DNA of 64,000 nt, taken from assembly GCA_050084515.1 (NCBI GenBank), contig CM114271.1, positions 3,472,001 to 3,536,000 of the forward strand, written 5' to 3'. The notes beneath the pieces were generated by a model that saw nothing but the letters and a program-made list of their open reading frames with translations, did no database searches and was not told the DNA's origin. This document shows positions 35,591 to 50,389 of this stretch, piece after piece. The first letter of the stretch is position 1. Every line of letters starts with the position of its first letter. The translations under genes were made by a program, and so were the position numbers. The DNA is from Blasia pusilla (lineage: Eukaryota).

Positions 35591-36538
35591 TCTTTGTACC
35601 ACGACCGTGTGCGCATGGAATTGACCCCTTGAACGGAACATATATCATTTGCTAAACCGATTTGAGGAGGAATAATAGGGTTCCCTCCTCAACCGATTTC
35701 GGAAAATGGAAACACGTAGTTAAATCTATTACTAGTCAGCTCTTAGTTCCTCTTGTTAGTTCTTTTCTTAAAGAGTACATGTGTCAATATGGAAGGAGTG
35801 CAGAAAACATACGTGTCGACACGTTCTTTAAATCCCATATTTTTTTAATAATATAGATATCTTCTCCTTAAAGAGGAATTTGGATTAAATAATTTTAAAT
35901 TTATTTTTGTACATTTTAATATCATCCTAAGAAGAAAAAATATATTTTTACAGTCACTCCCAATTAGTCGTTTGGAGAAACGGCATACCTTAGAGAAACC
36001 CATTTCTCCTAGGGGTGTTATTGCGTTTGGCAACAAATGAGTAAGTAGCCTTAGTTAGGCTACTCAAATCCGAGTTACGGCCAAATTATGGTGAATTCCA
36101 GTTAGAAGAAATGGATACGTGTTTTGGTGTATCATTTCTGCAAATGGCATTTTTATAGAGACATCTGGAAGAAGCTTTTTTTTCTTTAAAATTCTATTCA
36201 TTTTTTTCATTTTTACAGAAATAATTAGTATTAAAGAAGATCCACTCATGTGGATTGAACGATGATTTATTCCCTCCCCGAACTTCTCAACCATGGAGGA
36301 GAATGAAGTAGTCCTAACAATGGTGGTTGTTCTAATGCCCATGGTTGGGATGTGAAATATTAGGGAGTTTCAATTAGTCTTTAGGGCCTCTTCCTTTCCT
36401 TCTCTTCTACAATCATTTAATCATATTTTTCAAAGAATAATCAGAAATGAAAATTTAACATTTGGAAAGAGGAAATGTGAAGGCCTTCACTCTTACAATT
36501 GAGATAAGAACATGGTATCTAAAAAGATACCCCATGGG

Positions 36539-36796
36539 CAAGGTTGCACGGAAACAACCAAGTCTTGACATGTCGTTCAAGTACCCGCGGCCAGCATCCA
36601 AGCCCGCTTTTGAGTCCACCATGTAGAGTCGGGCGGGCCCAGCCTGCCATGCGGGCCACAAAACGGGTGCAGGCTCTTCGTGCTTAGGTACAGGCTCGGA
36701 TACGAGCCGCTGCGGATACCTGAGCCCGCACAAACATGTCTAACCCTAGGACAAACATAAGTCCACGGACACAAACTTTTTCCGTGTGCAACCGTG
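36539..36796. mobile_element. hAT-type MITE
   Basis: TIRs caaggttgcac / gtgcaaccgtg. Perfect 8-bp TSD cccatggg (36531-36538 and 36797-36804). Confidence 0.85.
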
Positions 36797-38457
36797 CCCA
36801 TGGGGCTATGTCAATTATTATAAGTCAGGATTATGACCTCAGACATAGGGGTTTATAAGGATGCCTTTATAGGAATTTATAGGAAGGGGGTTCCTTTGGA
36901 ATTTGTTCCCAAAGTTATAGATTTCCAAATACACTATATTTGAAATGTTATGAATCCTATAGGTTCATCAAACGGTTCCTTGTTGGGAAACAAGTAAACG
37001 TTATCCACAACTACTCTTAGCGGGTGCCAAGTTCAATGGATAACACCCAACTTGCCCTCATCTTCTCTTAAGCTCTATCACCATTCCCCAACCAAAAAAA
37101 ATAGTAGTATGCTTTGTTGTGTTCTAGCTACTATAGCTTTTTGTGTTTAATTATCCCTAGGTTGATGGGATTTTGAAGTTTGCTCAAGTTGGGGGAGATG
37201 TTGCTTTAAGAGGTCCTTTTCTCAAATGTGCATGCTCTTAGCTCTAGTTGATAATTTTTAGTGAGGTTAGTTTGTAAGGGGGTTTCACTTTTTCTTTATG
37301 TTCCAGCTAATTATTATGATAGGTCTAGTTGATGGTGGGAGTTCACCTTCTCTCTTGCTTGTTGTGCTCTCATATTGTCTTTTATATATCATGCCTTTCT
37401 TAGATAAAAAGAACCTAAAAAGACTCAACTTATCTAAAAAGAACCACTTCATAAAATTTTATCAAGTGGTTAAAATATTTTCTTCCAAAATTTATTGAAA
37501 TAAATGCAGCTTGCACAGAGTTGCAATAGTAAGTTCAATAAGTATTGTCCCTTATGGATACTCTTTTTAAACTCACATTCATAATAAAATATTTTGAAAA
37601 TGAGTAAATTTATTTATCTTTATGGATAGACTAAAATTATGTGGAATGATCTTTTAATGAAAGGAAACTAAACATCCAAAATAAAAAAAATATAATATAT
37701 GGAATTTCGAAAAAAAATTACTTTTTTGAAAATATGAATAGTAAAAATCAATTAAAGTATCTTTCATAAAATATCTGAAGTTTGAAGATTATTCAATCGT
37801 TAGAAAAAAATCCCTCTCTGCAAAGGTTATCAAAGCAAGTTACACCTTTCACTTAATTGATAAAAGGAGTTGAACTATAGTATTTGTAATGAAATTTCCT
37901 TCTTACAATAGCTCTTTACAAACATTTTATGGTACTCCCTTATGCTAGAAGAGATCTACAATGAATAATTTACCTATTTTCTTCAAGTCATATTTTATAT
38001 ATAGTATTTAATGAAATATCTAATATTTTATGACTTATGTCATATATATCATTATAATTACTTTACAAGTGATGAGGATATAACTATATTGGTTTTGGTA
38101 AGTCAAAAAATATAGATTTAAACCAATCAAGCCAAATGTGGAGTGATTTTGTACAAAAGTCATCCATTGTCAAATCATAAGAACCCTACTTTTCTTAGTG
38201 TCAATAATTGATTGAAAAACGTCTAAGGGATTCCTACATCATGAATTTTTCTAAGCAAATTATCAATAAAATTCAACTGTCAAATCATGAAGGATGTGGA
38301 TTAGATAGATATACTTCTATCAAATTCTCAACCATAGGGAATTACTTGACACTTATGACTTTACTTCAACTTGAAAGAATATATATGAGTCTAAGTTTAT
38401 GATATGATTGCAAATGGAGGATTTCACGACTCCTCATAGTTGCAACATAGTCAAATG

Positions 38458-38774
38458 CAAGGTTCGATGTGGACAAATTTCGTGTCTGCAGACATGTCCA
38501 TGTGCGTGGACTTACGTCTGCCTAATAGAAGGACTTGTCAATGCGGGCCCCACCTTCTCCTTCTCCTCATCCCCCTTACTTGCCTCCATGTTCCACACTT
38601 TTTCGTTTCTTCCTTCCTCTACCTCCTTATTGCCTCGTCCACCCCTGCGTTGAGTTCCACCATAAGCTATAAAGTGTGGGCCCCACCTCTTAGAATCCAT
38701 ATCCGTAAATATGTCCACACTTGTCTCTCCATGTCCGCCCTACGGATGGACTTGTCTATTCTTTTGCAACCATG
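38458..38774. mobile_element. hAT-type MITE (second internal subtype)
   Basis: Ends caaggtt.../tgcaaccatg. Perfect 8-bp TSD gtcaaatg. Internally homologous to 60202-60513. Confidence 0.85.
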
Positions 38775-39172
38775 GTCAAATGGTGAGATAAGAACAACAA
38801 AGTGTTGCTGAATTTTTTCTACTTGTTTGTAAATATCATATCATATAGTCTCTTTGTTCATCATTTTTCTCCTTTAAGTCCTGTCTCAACTTTCTCCATT
38901 TGTGGTGCTATTAATTTTCAGGGGAAAGATTTGCAAATTTTTTTTCTCTTGAAGATAATTTTATATACTACAATCAAGTGCATATGGGCAGAAGGAGCTA
39001 ATGCATCCTCAATGGCATTTATTGCTACACTTTCTGTGGCAATAGGTAGCCATCAATTTTATTGGGGGTAGAGTAATTCTAGGATCCAATAATCCATTGA
39101 AGTAAGATACAATGTATCCCATTGTTACAAATGAGAGACTATATATAACTAATTAGTAATTAGAACTTGTTG

Positions 39173-39303
<131 letters not shown>

Positions 39304-39319
39304 CCCCTCGATAACTTGT

Positions 39320-39568
39320 GGGGGCTCGTGACATGGGAATAGACGGATGTGCAAGCTACGAGCCCTCGCCAAGACCACACGTGGAAAGCACATGCCTATG
39401 GTTGGTAGGTCTAGTGCCCATGCACTAGACTAGGTGCGGGTCGGATGAGCCCCCATATCTACAGTATAGAAGGGGTGGGCCGCAAAAACTCGGACTCGCA
39501 CCAATATGTCTATCTTAGGGACGAACATAAGCTTGCAAACACAAACTTTTGTTCGTATGCAATGTTGA
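39320..39568. mobile_element. Left-truncated MITE of the same hAT-type family
   Basis: Right end acataag..acacaaacttttgttcgtatgcaatgttg resembles 36755-36796 and 41080-41124. No left TIR or TSD. Confidence 0.6.
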
Positions 39569-40172
39569 TGTAAGCTCTACTTTACCTACCCAAACTTTCT
39601 CACTGATGAAACAATAATACAACTCAATATACTTTCTTGTTGAATGAAAAAGTGAGTTGTTTGCCAAAGAAATTCTCATAGATTACTTGCATATTTGCTA
39701 TTTGGATCTAAATATTTCAGGCTATATCTACAAGAAGATTGCTTTAAAAATCTAATTATGATGCCTCCATGCATAGTAGCTCCTATATGTTGACAAAAAG
39801 GAAATGGTTGTTTGTTTCTTCCAAACCCAACGTGGTGTAAAGCTCCTAAAACTAAACACAAACCCAAATGTGAATCTTTTGTCCAAGGTACTTCCTACCT
39901 AATCTATATAAAATACATGTGTAACTCCAAAGACTTGGATGATAAGTAGTGAAGTCTGAACTTAATTGCAACTTCATTAGAAAGCTTATCACAAGCATAA
40001 TCGTATTGAAAAAGTCATATACCAATTCCATCCTTGATAAACTCTTCACCAAGAAAATACTCAACCTCTCCTAAGTCTTTCAACTCACAATTTTCTTGCA
40101 ACCATTTTTTTTATCTTCCTTATCAATTATTCAATAATACCATCATTATAATAGCATCAATCTAAACATGAT

Positions 40173-41124
40173 CATGGTTGCATGGAAATAGAATTGTGTG
40201 TCCATGGGACAGATATGTCCAAAGAATTCCAATTATATCATCAAACATACCCAATAGATTCCAACCCAAGTTTTTTCGATATCCTGATGGCTTGTGCAAG
40301 CTCCAGACTCAAGAGCGGGTACAAGCTTTGAATAAGGGAAGTGCGCATGGATCAAATGAGTGTGCAGGCTATGAGCCTTCACCTGGATGGTATCAAGCCC
40401 ATGTATGGCCCCCACTGGGAGAGATTAGGGCTCCAAGGGGCATGTGTGGGCCCTATGGCCTCATGCGGGTCTTCCATGGACTTAGGGCGGGCTAGTGTAG
40501 GCCACGTTGGCTTAGTACACACCTCTACGAGCGAGGTGCGGGTCATGCCCACTCTTGACGTGGGCCTCCACGAGCAAGGCGCGGGCTAGGTGTGGGCCAA
40601 GGTTGCATGGAAACGAAGAAGTCTTTCCATGGGATGGACATGCCATCACGGATCCCCCACCCAGGTTTTTTTCACACCCTAGTGGCCCACACATACTTGG
40701 GATGCGAGAATGGGTGCAGGCTTGCACAGCAAGGATCAAACGGGTGTGGAGACTATGAGCCCTTGCCGAGCCCGCATAGGTCCGCCTTCCCGTGGGCTTA
40801 GGGCGGGCTCATGCGAGCTAAAAAATGGGTGCAGGTTGCCAAGCCCGAGATTAGGTTACATACAAGGCATGCTCGATGGCGGAATGCAATTACCCAATCC
40901 CGAATAGATATGTGTGTCAGAGGGATGTACATAATTTTTCCGACATGGACATGTTTGCAGACTAACAAATTGGTGGCAAGAATGAGTGATAGTTCATTGG
41001 ATTGTGTGTGGGCAGACTAAGCCTAGGTCTACGTTGTGGCTGGGAAACTCAATCCGCATGGACATATCCGTCCCAAGAACGGACATAAGTCCGTAGACAG
41101 AGACTTTTTCCGTGTACAACCTTG
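40173..41124. mobile_element. Longer non-autonomous hAT-type element with an internal second left-end copy
   Basis: Ends catggttgcatgg / gtacaaccttg. Perfect 8-bp TSD aacatgat (40165-40172 and 41125-41132). Internal caaggttgcatggaaac at ~40598. Confidence 0.8.
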
Positions 41125-42123
41125 AACATGATCAAGGTTTTCATGACATGATTTTATTCATGAAACGTCACGTGTCTATTGGCGCAAAATTTCTAGGTGC
41201 AAATATTATAACATTGATTACCCTTAGAATCTATAACATAGACCAAAAGACTCTTTTTTTTAACCTAAACTTCATCTTCTTCTCACTTGGAATGTAAATA
41301 GGATAAATACAACAAAAGACATCATGCGGAATGTGAGATCGTTCGGAATGTGAGATCATGTTATTTTCTGACCACTGTGGGTATCTTTCTATACAATACT
41401 ATTTTGGACTAGTACTACTGTACTATGTTTCCTTTTTCATACTCTAAGCACCTAGTAGTACCACGGGGATAATTTTTATGTCTTTTTTATCACATTTTTT
41501 CCTTATAGCCTTTAATAAGCATATTGGAATGCCTACCATGTTAAGTCTGCACAAAAATGTTAAAAGGAAAGTTTCTTCTATTGAATAGGAAGAGGACACC
41601 TATGTCACTAAAGGATATATGGCGGAAATTCAAAGGTTAAGAAAAAGAAGAGCTTACCCAAATATTTGCATAGATATTTGATGAATCAAATTTCTTTGAT
41701 ATGCAACTACTAGTGCCCAATATACATTAGGCATTATTTTGAAGCATCCTTATCAACACTTCTAGTCTAAAAGAATCAAATGATTCGTCCAAATAATGAT
41801 TAGGGTTCCAAAACTTCATACCACCACAAATTGAGATTATAGGTATCTTCCCTCATGGTCAATTTATGTAAGTATGAGCAAATGTTTTTGAAAAAATATT
41901 GCCTTTATGAATCATACATGAACTCATGACAAAACTTGGGGTCTTAAAAAATGCATCCCCATTATGAATCTATTTTGAGTCTAATAAGTAAATGTGTTTT
42001 ACCAACGTGTAATAAAGCACTTGTAGAGTGCTTTTTAATTGAGTGACCATTCAAGGACTTTACATCATGATTGTGTAGTGCAAAATCGTTGTTACGCCTA
42101 TACTTAATTGTTAAAGGAAGATG

Positions 42124-42522
42124 TGTAAGAAAACAGAATTTGAACAAATCCTTGAATTTATTACCAAATTGAATCTTAAAAGTACAAAATGGCCCAGTAC
42201 GTTCGTGCACTCACAATAAAAATTTTATGGAACCTAAACATGGACACATACGAGAACATGCTACATATGTTGTTCTCGACCATTTGACTACTTTGGAAAT
42301 TAGTTTATTTGACCTATTTTCCTAACTTATCTTTATAGCAAAAAATTAATTAAAAAAAAGGTTTGATCATCCTAATGACTCTCTATTTCATAAACGACCA
42401 ATATTATGTAATTATGATTCCTTTGATGTCTAATTCTAGACCATCAATTTAGGCTTCTACTCAAACAAGGGGGTCGCTCATACTAATGGTGCTAAACCAT
42501 AAGAGAATATTGAATATACAAA
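42124..42522 (-). repeat. Degenerate solo LTR related to the Copia LTRs at 43832 and 48326
   Basis: Begins tgtaagaaaacagaa and shares ..acgttcgtgcactcaca.., accatcaatttaggcttctactcaaacaaggggg and taatggtgct. Right end is approximate. Confidence 0.7.
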
Positions 42523-43831
42523 AATTTATGTTCATTCTTCTCAAACTCATAATAGTAGGAAAAAAATTCATATCTCCATCAATGACAATATTAGTTTCTT
42601 TTATTTTACAGAAAAAAATCGAGTAAGTAAATCCACAAGTTTTCTACTTGATACAATAATAACAAGGCCTAAGCACTATTAGACCTATTCAAGATTTTTT
42701 TTTCGTAATACATCCATTTTCAAATTTCCATCATTCATTAATAAGGTTGTCAAGGATATTATCCTTAACTACTTGCTTGATACCACCAAGATTAAGACAA
42801 ATATACTCTAAGATAATTTCAAGGATCAAAATTATTAAAAATAACTTTACTTCCCAAATATTCAAGAGTGAAAGAATTAATTTTTGGTTTGAGGCTACAT
42901 TGAGGTATGTAAAGGAAGGTTCTAGAGTTCGATAGTGGTTGTGGAAAGGTCGCCAAAGTTGGGGGTTGAATGTCTAGAAAATATGATGGACACTATCATA
43001 GCATCAGAATAGGACTCCCAATGTTTAGAGGTCTCCAAGGCTTAGTGGAAGCTTGTAAGGAGAGTGTTGAGAAGGCACCAAGTCTGTCATAGGGTGTGGA
43101 GATATCATTGAGGCTAGGTTTTGAATGTTGGGATTTTCACCAAGGTTGGGAATTGGAAATGGTTGGAAGATCTTAGTCAATTTAAGGCAAGTTTTTTTCT
43201 CACTTGGATTTTGAAAAACTATATTCTATAATAGGAGTTAGAAGGAGTTACTACTTTCTAGATCTCATGTACCAAAGAATTGAAATCATTTTTAACATGG
43301 AAGGTGTGTCCACATACTTACTTCTTTACGTATCTTGTATGGTTGGTCCTTAGATTGTAATTTTTTTGGTACTCTTACTCCAGTTTTCCACTTTATTCCC
43401 AAAGATTGGGCGGTATACACATTCCACATAATCTACCCTTAAATGTTAAGGAGATGGGTTTTCTTTCAATATGGTGTTAAGTATTGCATCCTTATGTCAA
43501 AGTCTATATTATTTCCTATTAGATATGAAGCCATTGCTTGGCATGGATATCCTTAGTAGATTCCTTTCATGTATCTTGAAGTTGATAAGAAAGAGTGAAG
43601 GAGAAGAAGAGCATAATGCACATCTTCTTGATGTTTAATGTAAGTATTAATAAGCTTTGGACCCTTGAACGAAAATATCAAAAGAGATAACCTCTCCCAA
43701 TGTATGGCACTCATTAAATAGTTTCAAAACCTAAAATTTAGTTAGTTATGAATTGTGTGATAAAGTTTGATGATGGAGGGAAGGTTGTAAAGAAATTATG
43801 TAACTTGTCAAAAAAAAAAAAAAAAAGGATG

Positions 43832-46800
43832 TGTGAGAAAACAGAAAGTGACGAAATCACTGAAATCTTTTACAAAACTTGGAGATACAAAGTGGCCTAG
43901 TCCGTTCGTACGCTCACATAAGAGCTTCGATGAAACCCGAACATGAAGATAACTCGACATACGAGAATGCACTACCGCCGCGGCTCTTGACTATTTATTT
44001 ACACGCGAAACTAGGGTTTTTTACCTTTTTCTTCATTTCTATATATAGAAATAAAGAAATATAGGGTTAGATATATCCTAGTAACGCTACTCCACCACCT
44101 ACGTCATATTACTATCACTCCTTCGACGTCTAAGTCGAAACCATCAATCTAAGCTCCTCCTCATACAAGGGGGCCGATCAGATTAATGGTGCTCAAAGAA
44201 GTGGATGTTGAGAATCCAACACCCCTCCTCAATATCCATTCTCATGTGGACTACTGTCTTGGACCAATGCCAAGACCCTCTAGATATCGATGAAGCTGAT
44301 CTCCGCTCAAAGCTTTCGTGAAGAGGTCTGCACGATTATCCTCTATTGGACAATAGAGTAACTTCAAAACCTCTCTCTCAATCAACTCACAAACAAAATG
44401 ATACTTGATCTCTATATGCTTCGTACGAGCATGAAATACGAGATTATGTGCTATGGCAATACAACTCTGGTTGTCACACCATATTACAGTAGCACTTTCT
44501 GGTGCTTCTCCTATGTCCTCCAATATCCATCTCAACTATACTGCTTCACAAGAGGCATAACAAGGCGCCTTGTACTCTCCCTCGGTAGAAGAAAGAGCCA
44601 TGGTAGGTTGCTTCTTGCTGATCCATGACACCACACTTGATCCTATCAAGAAGCAATAACCCGAAACTGATCTCCAAGAATCTGAATCTCCTACCCAATC
44701 CGAGTCACAAAAGGCTTTCATTTCCTTCCTTGCTCCATAGGTGATGCCATACTCGATAGTACCCTTGATGAACTTCAACATACGCATCCCTTCCTTCCAA
44801 TGGTTGTCAGGAGGCTTAGTTAAGAACGTTCTCAACACTCCCACAACAAAGCCAATGTCTGGTCTAGTATTGCACAAAAATATCAAACCGTCCACAAGCT
44901 TTCTGTACAAATTTTCATCTACCAATGGTGAAACATCCTCCATTGAGAGTTTCAACTCTAACTCCATTGGCGAGACCACTACCTTACAATGGGTCATCCC
45001 GAATGCCTTCAAGATTTCTCTAGCATATTTTTTATGAGAGAGAAAAATAGAATTTGACTGTTGCCAAATCTCCAACCCTATAAAGTAATGCAAAAGATCT
45101 AAATCTGACATTTCAAACTCAGATTTCAACACTTCCTTCATTTCCTCTATTTTCTTACTGTGGTCTCCTGTGATGATCAAATCATCCACATATAGGACTA
45201 TCAACATATACATCCCATCTTTGCAAAACACATACAAATTTGCTTCTAACGAACTCTTGATGAGATCCTTCTCTCGGAAGAATGTATCTATTCGTTGATA
45301 CCATATCCTTGGGGCTTACTTCAATCCATACAATGCTCGATGAAGCAAACACACTTTCTCTTCTGATGTAGGTGGTTGAGATACATATACCTCCTCCTTG
45401 AGACTCTTGTTCAGAAAGGCAAACTTCACATCGTATTGGTATACAGGCCAACGTCTTGTTCCTGTCACAACTAGAACAATTCAAATGGTTGTCATCCTTG
45501 GAGTAGGAGCAAAAGTCTCATAATAATCAAAACCTTCAATTTACGAATATCTTTGTGCAACCAACCTCGCTTTGAATTTATCCAATGTACCGTTCGACTT
45601 GAACTTGGTCTTGTACACCCCCTTGGTGCGTATTATCTTCATGTCCTTTGGCTTCTCAACCAAAGTCAAATTTTTATTTCTTTGAATAACGTCCATCTCC
45701 ATTTGCATGCCCTTTCTCCATTGAGGATAAGCAAGGGCCTCATCCAAGCATGATGGCTCTTCCACATTCAAGACCTCTGTCATCAAGGCCATGTTGACGA
45801 GATGTGCGGAAGCTCTATTCTTCTCCTCTAATCTCTTGGATCTCCTTGGATGTGTAACAACTTCATCAGTTGTTGGTGGATCCTTACCATCCAAGAGCTG
45901 CTTTATCCACTTAGGGTATGACGATCATAGTGGAAGAGCAGGCTGCTCTTTGTTATCATCACCAAATTCTTCTTCTTGATGATCTGGTATAAACATTGAT
46001 GGTGTGCTCTGGTGGGTTATCTTTTCGTTTGATGATAATATAGAAGGACCATTGATATCCGCCACTTGACGAGGTTGTTCCTAGAACATCACATCATAAC
46101 TCACAAGCATCTTTTTTGCCTCAAGACACCATAGGCGATAAGCTTTAGACTCATCATTGTATCCCATAAAGATGCACTTCCTACTCTTGGACTCCAGGTT
46201 GGTCCTGGATGCTTCAAGAATCTGTACAAAGCACTCACTACCAAAAGTCCTGAAGTATTGGACTGATGGTACCTTACCAAAGTATGAATGATGAGGAATC
46301 ATGCCTTGCACTGACTTGGTAGCACTTTTATTTAGAATGTAAACGGGAGTGTTAACAGCTTCAACCCAAAATCCTTCTGTCAAACCTTTTGATTTCATCA
46401 TACATCTTGCCCTCTCCACCATTGTACGGTTTTGATGCTCAACAACTCCATTTTTTGTGGTGTATGTGTTGTGGTTAACTTTCGCTTGATTCCATGCTTC
46501 CCCAAATATTCGTTGAATTCTGTTGATAAGAATTATTCTCCTCGATCGATGCGAAGCTTATGTACCTTCTTTCTTATCTCATTCTCAACTAGCTTCTGTC
46601 ATACTTTAAATTTTCCAAAAGCACTTGCCTTATCACGAAGGAAATACACCCACATGTTCTTACTATAATCGTCGACAACTAAAAGAAGTAGGAAGAACCA
46701 CCTTATGCCATTCTTCTCATTTTATCACATAGATAAGCATGTATCAGCTCTAGAGGAGCCTTTGCTCTATTGCTGGACTCTTGTGGAAATGGTTGTCGGT

Positions 46801-48773
46801 GTTGCTTGCCCATCATATAAGCTTCACATGTATCCGACACTCCAAAAATTGTTGGTAAATCAGCAACCATGTGAGATTTCTGCATCTAACTTAGTAAGGG
46901 AAAGCTAAGGTGACCAAATCTTTCATGCCATAACTTACAGCTACTAAGATCTGTACCTACACTTGTCGTGTAAGCATACCACTCGTAGATATTTCCACGT
47001 CGTATACCTTCACCCACTACTTTCCCATTGGCATTCTCAATGACTGCTCCAGTTTTCTTGAAACAAACTTCTAAGTCACGATCCATAATACTGCTATTGA
47101 AAGAAAATTGCGCTTCAACTCTGGTAAGTACAATACATCAATTAACCTCTTTTCATCTCCTTTTTTGAGACTAAAAAAATTATGTCTTTCCCTTCTACAT
47201 GGCACTTTGTATTATTCCCAACAGTAACAACGATGGGCTCTTGTAGAGGTTGTAAGGAGCTATACCAATCCTTATGATTGGTCATATGCCTAGATGCTCC
47301 ACTATTGAGCACTAATGCATCTTCACTCTTTGACTTAGGGGAATGTTCTACCTGTGTGCTAAACTCTTCGATTGCTACCCAAATATCTACCTCATGTTCT
47401 CATAGTTCTACATAATTTCTAGACTCTTTCTTAGGTCTTAAACAAGCGTTCTTCTCATCGATACTCCTCTTTCTAAAATCTTTGATAAGATGACCTATCT
47501 TATCACAATAAAACCATTTAAAGCCTTTCCTTGGAAACTTCTTCTTGATATTTGAAGTGTAATCCTAATTTCTACCTATCTGTACGTTGGTAGTAAATGC
47601 TGCATCACTTCTGTCTCTTGGTTTGAAGTGCATTTCCTCTTCTACCAACATTACACTAAATTTTTCAAAAGTAAGCGGCATGGATCTTTCTTGAGTATTC
47701 AATGCAGTGACCAAACTGTCATTCCTAGGAGGAAAAATCCTTATGCACCGACGTGCCAAATCTTCGCTAGACTTTGAATTCCTACGAACGCCATATGATC
47801 TTGAAGGTTCTTGATCCTTGTCAAAAATTACTCCGCGCTTTCTCCTCTTGAAAATTTATCTTACGTAATTTGATTCTCTAGATTCTGAATCCGAGTCTCA
47901 TTCCTCGTTTCATACTGATTCGTCAAAATGTTCCACGCCTCATCACCCATGGTCGTATGTTGAATGAGAGTCATGAAAGAATCTGTTACATTCGTGACAA
48001 TCACATATAGAGCATCAGAATTTCTACGTTTTCATGCCAACAATACAACATGATCGATATCACGAGATGAAGATGAACATGCAGAACTCAAAGTAGCTTG
48101 TGGATTCGAATCAACCCCTATCGCCGTTTCCCAGATCTCAAATAATTCAAGGACAGTTCTTATTTTGAACTTCCACAATGTATAGTTCGTCCCATTTAAC
48201 TTCTCTTCACCTAGCGGAGGAGGGCCAGCACGAACTGACAAATAAGTAGCCATCTCTCAAGATTTTGTGCAAACATACTAGATCGCCAGATACAAAATAC
48301 TCGAAAACCTACTGCTCTGATACCATGTAAGAAAACAGAAAGTGACGAAATCACTGAAATATTTTATAAAAATTGGAGATACAAAGTGACCTTGTCCGTC
48401 CGTGCGCTCACAGAAGAGCTTCAATGGAACCTAAATATGGAGATAACTTGGCATACGATAATGCGTTACGGCTACGGCTCTCGACTATTTCACTATACGG
48501 GAAACTAGGGTTTTATACCTATTTTTTTGTTTCTATTAGTAGAAAAATTTCTATTACTAGGATTATCTAACCCTATATTGCATTAGGGTGTCCCCCACCT
48601 TGACGCAATATAGGGTTAGATAATCCTAGTAACGCTACTCCATAAATCACCTACATCATATTAGTTTGACTCCTTCGAAGTCTAAGTCGGAACCATCAAT
48701 CTAGGCTTCTCATCATACAAGACGGCCGATCAGATTAATAATGCCCAGAGAAGTGGATGTTGAGAATCCAACA
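43832..48773 (-). mobile_element. Full-length decayed Ty1/Copia LTR retrotransposon
   Basis: LTRs 48326-48773 (5') and 43832-44221 (3') with TG..CA ends. PBS-iMet (rc gctctgatacca, 48314-48325), PPT 44222-44230, TSD ggatg/tgatg. Gag KLNGTNYTLWKFKI, LWHERFGHL, integrase, RT KARLVAQ and LYVDDLII, RNase H FCDSDW and HARTKHIEIKYHF. Confidence 0.96.
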
Positions 48774-50389
48774 TGATGAATGTTATATTATCTCATATAC
48801 AAGGGTATGTGAGTCATTAAGCCACATGTGAGTTTAAAGTATTGGAATAGTTAGTAGTTTGATCCACTAAATCAAAATTTAGTAGAGGCAGGTTACTTGA
48901 TATGGAGAGAATATTCTAAAAAATTGAAACTAAGAAATATAATTTGAGGGATCTCTTGGCGTCTATATAATTGGATATTTTTGAAAGAATATTTAAATTT
49001 TATCATATTTATGAGAAGAAAATTGCATATTTTTATGAAAATAAAGAGTTTCCTAACGAATTGAATTTGTATTAATGGCATGAAAGCATATGCATATGAT
49101 TTCTTATAATAAGAAATTCTTGCACTTGTACTAATTGCATATGAATTCTTATTTATACAAGATAGATAGATCCAACTTGATGCTTCTCATCTCAAAAATA
49201 ATCTAGTACTTCTAATTATATAATTGCAAAATTTGACGAGATCTACATATGAAAGATAGTGTTTTCCAAAGAATACGTTGGCTACACCTCACAAGATGTT
49301 GTGATTATGCGTCCATAAGGACCATTATCTCCAAGCACTAGTTGAGTTTGTCATGTGAAGCTTAGAGAAACAATTAAACTATGTGGGAATATTTTTTGGA
49401 TATAAATATCTTCCTTAAAAAAATAACTTGAAATTTTTTTATTATAAGAAAACGAATTTTTTCCAATGATAGAGAAAAAGATATGCGACCCAAATTCAAC
49501 ATTGTATATAAGGATAGATAGTGCAAAGTATTATAAAATAATCCACGCTAAGAACTAGACATAAAAATCCCTACACTTGGTTAATGCATAACTAGGGGTT
49601 GAATAGGGTTAATACATCTCTTGAATACAACCATAGGGTCATAGCACTAGCATCTAGAATTATTTCATGTGCCATAAGATATTTCTCCAAAAATAATTGT
49701 ATGGATAAGCCTTTAGATAGGTGACACTTTTTCGAGGCATTCTCATCTTTTAGGCCCACTCTACAATAATAATACACAAAAAGTGAATGTTTAAAGAGTT
49801 TGCATTCTATTTTCCCATTAGGAAAGAATATTGGAAGGAATATGAACTTATGACAGAAAATATCTTTAGCCAAAAGCCACTAATTGGTTTGACATGCAAT
49901 TTACAAGGGCCGTGCATTACCAAAATTTATCTCAATGTAAAACTCCCTTAATAGATATTTACATTTATAGACAAAAAAGACATGTCCTCATATAATAGGC
50001 TATTCAATTTGGACTTAGGCACTTTGTACCCACCTTGAGTCATGAAAATATAGGCACAAATTTTCATTTGTAGTTTAAAAACAAAGGATGATGGTTTTCT
50101 ATGGTGAGTTAAAGATAAAATAAAGTCAAAAAATATTTTACACACCTTGAAAAGATAATTTTGTCAATATTATAGATACGTATTTAATTTCAATGATAAT
50201 ATGCCTAAATTACTATGATCCTACTCTTGCGATGAACAAAGCAATGTCATTTTTAACCATGTTAGTATTTGCAATATTTGAGGTTCTCTCTACTCTATAG
50301 AAGTTCTCATTACATTTTTTTATTTTTCCTGTTGTGGGGGTCGCGAGACTATAAGGAGAGGTGTATAACACTTTGGGAATACCACCACT

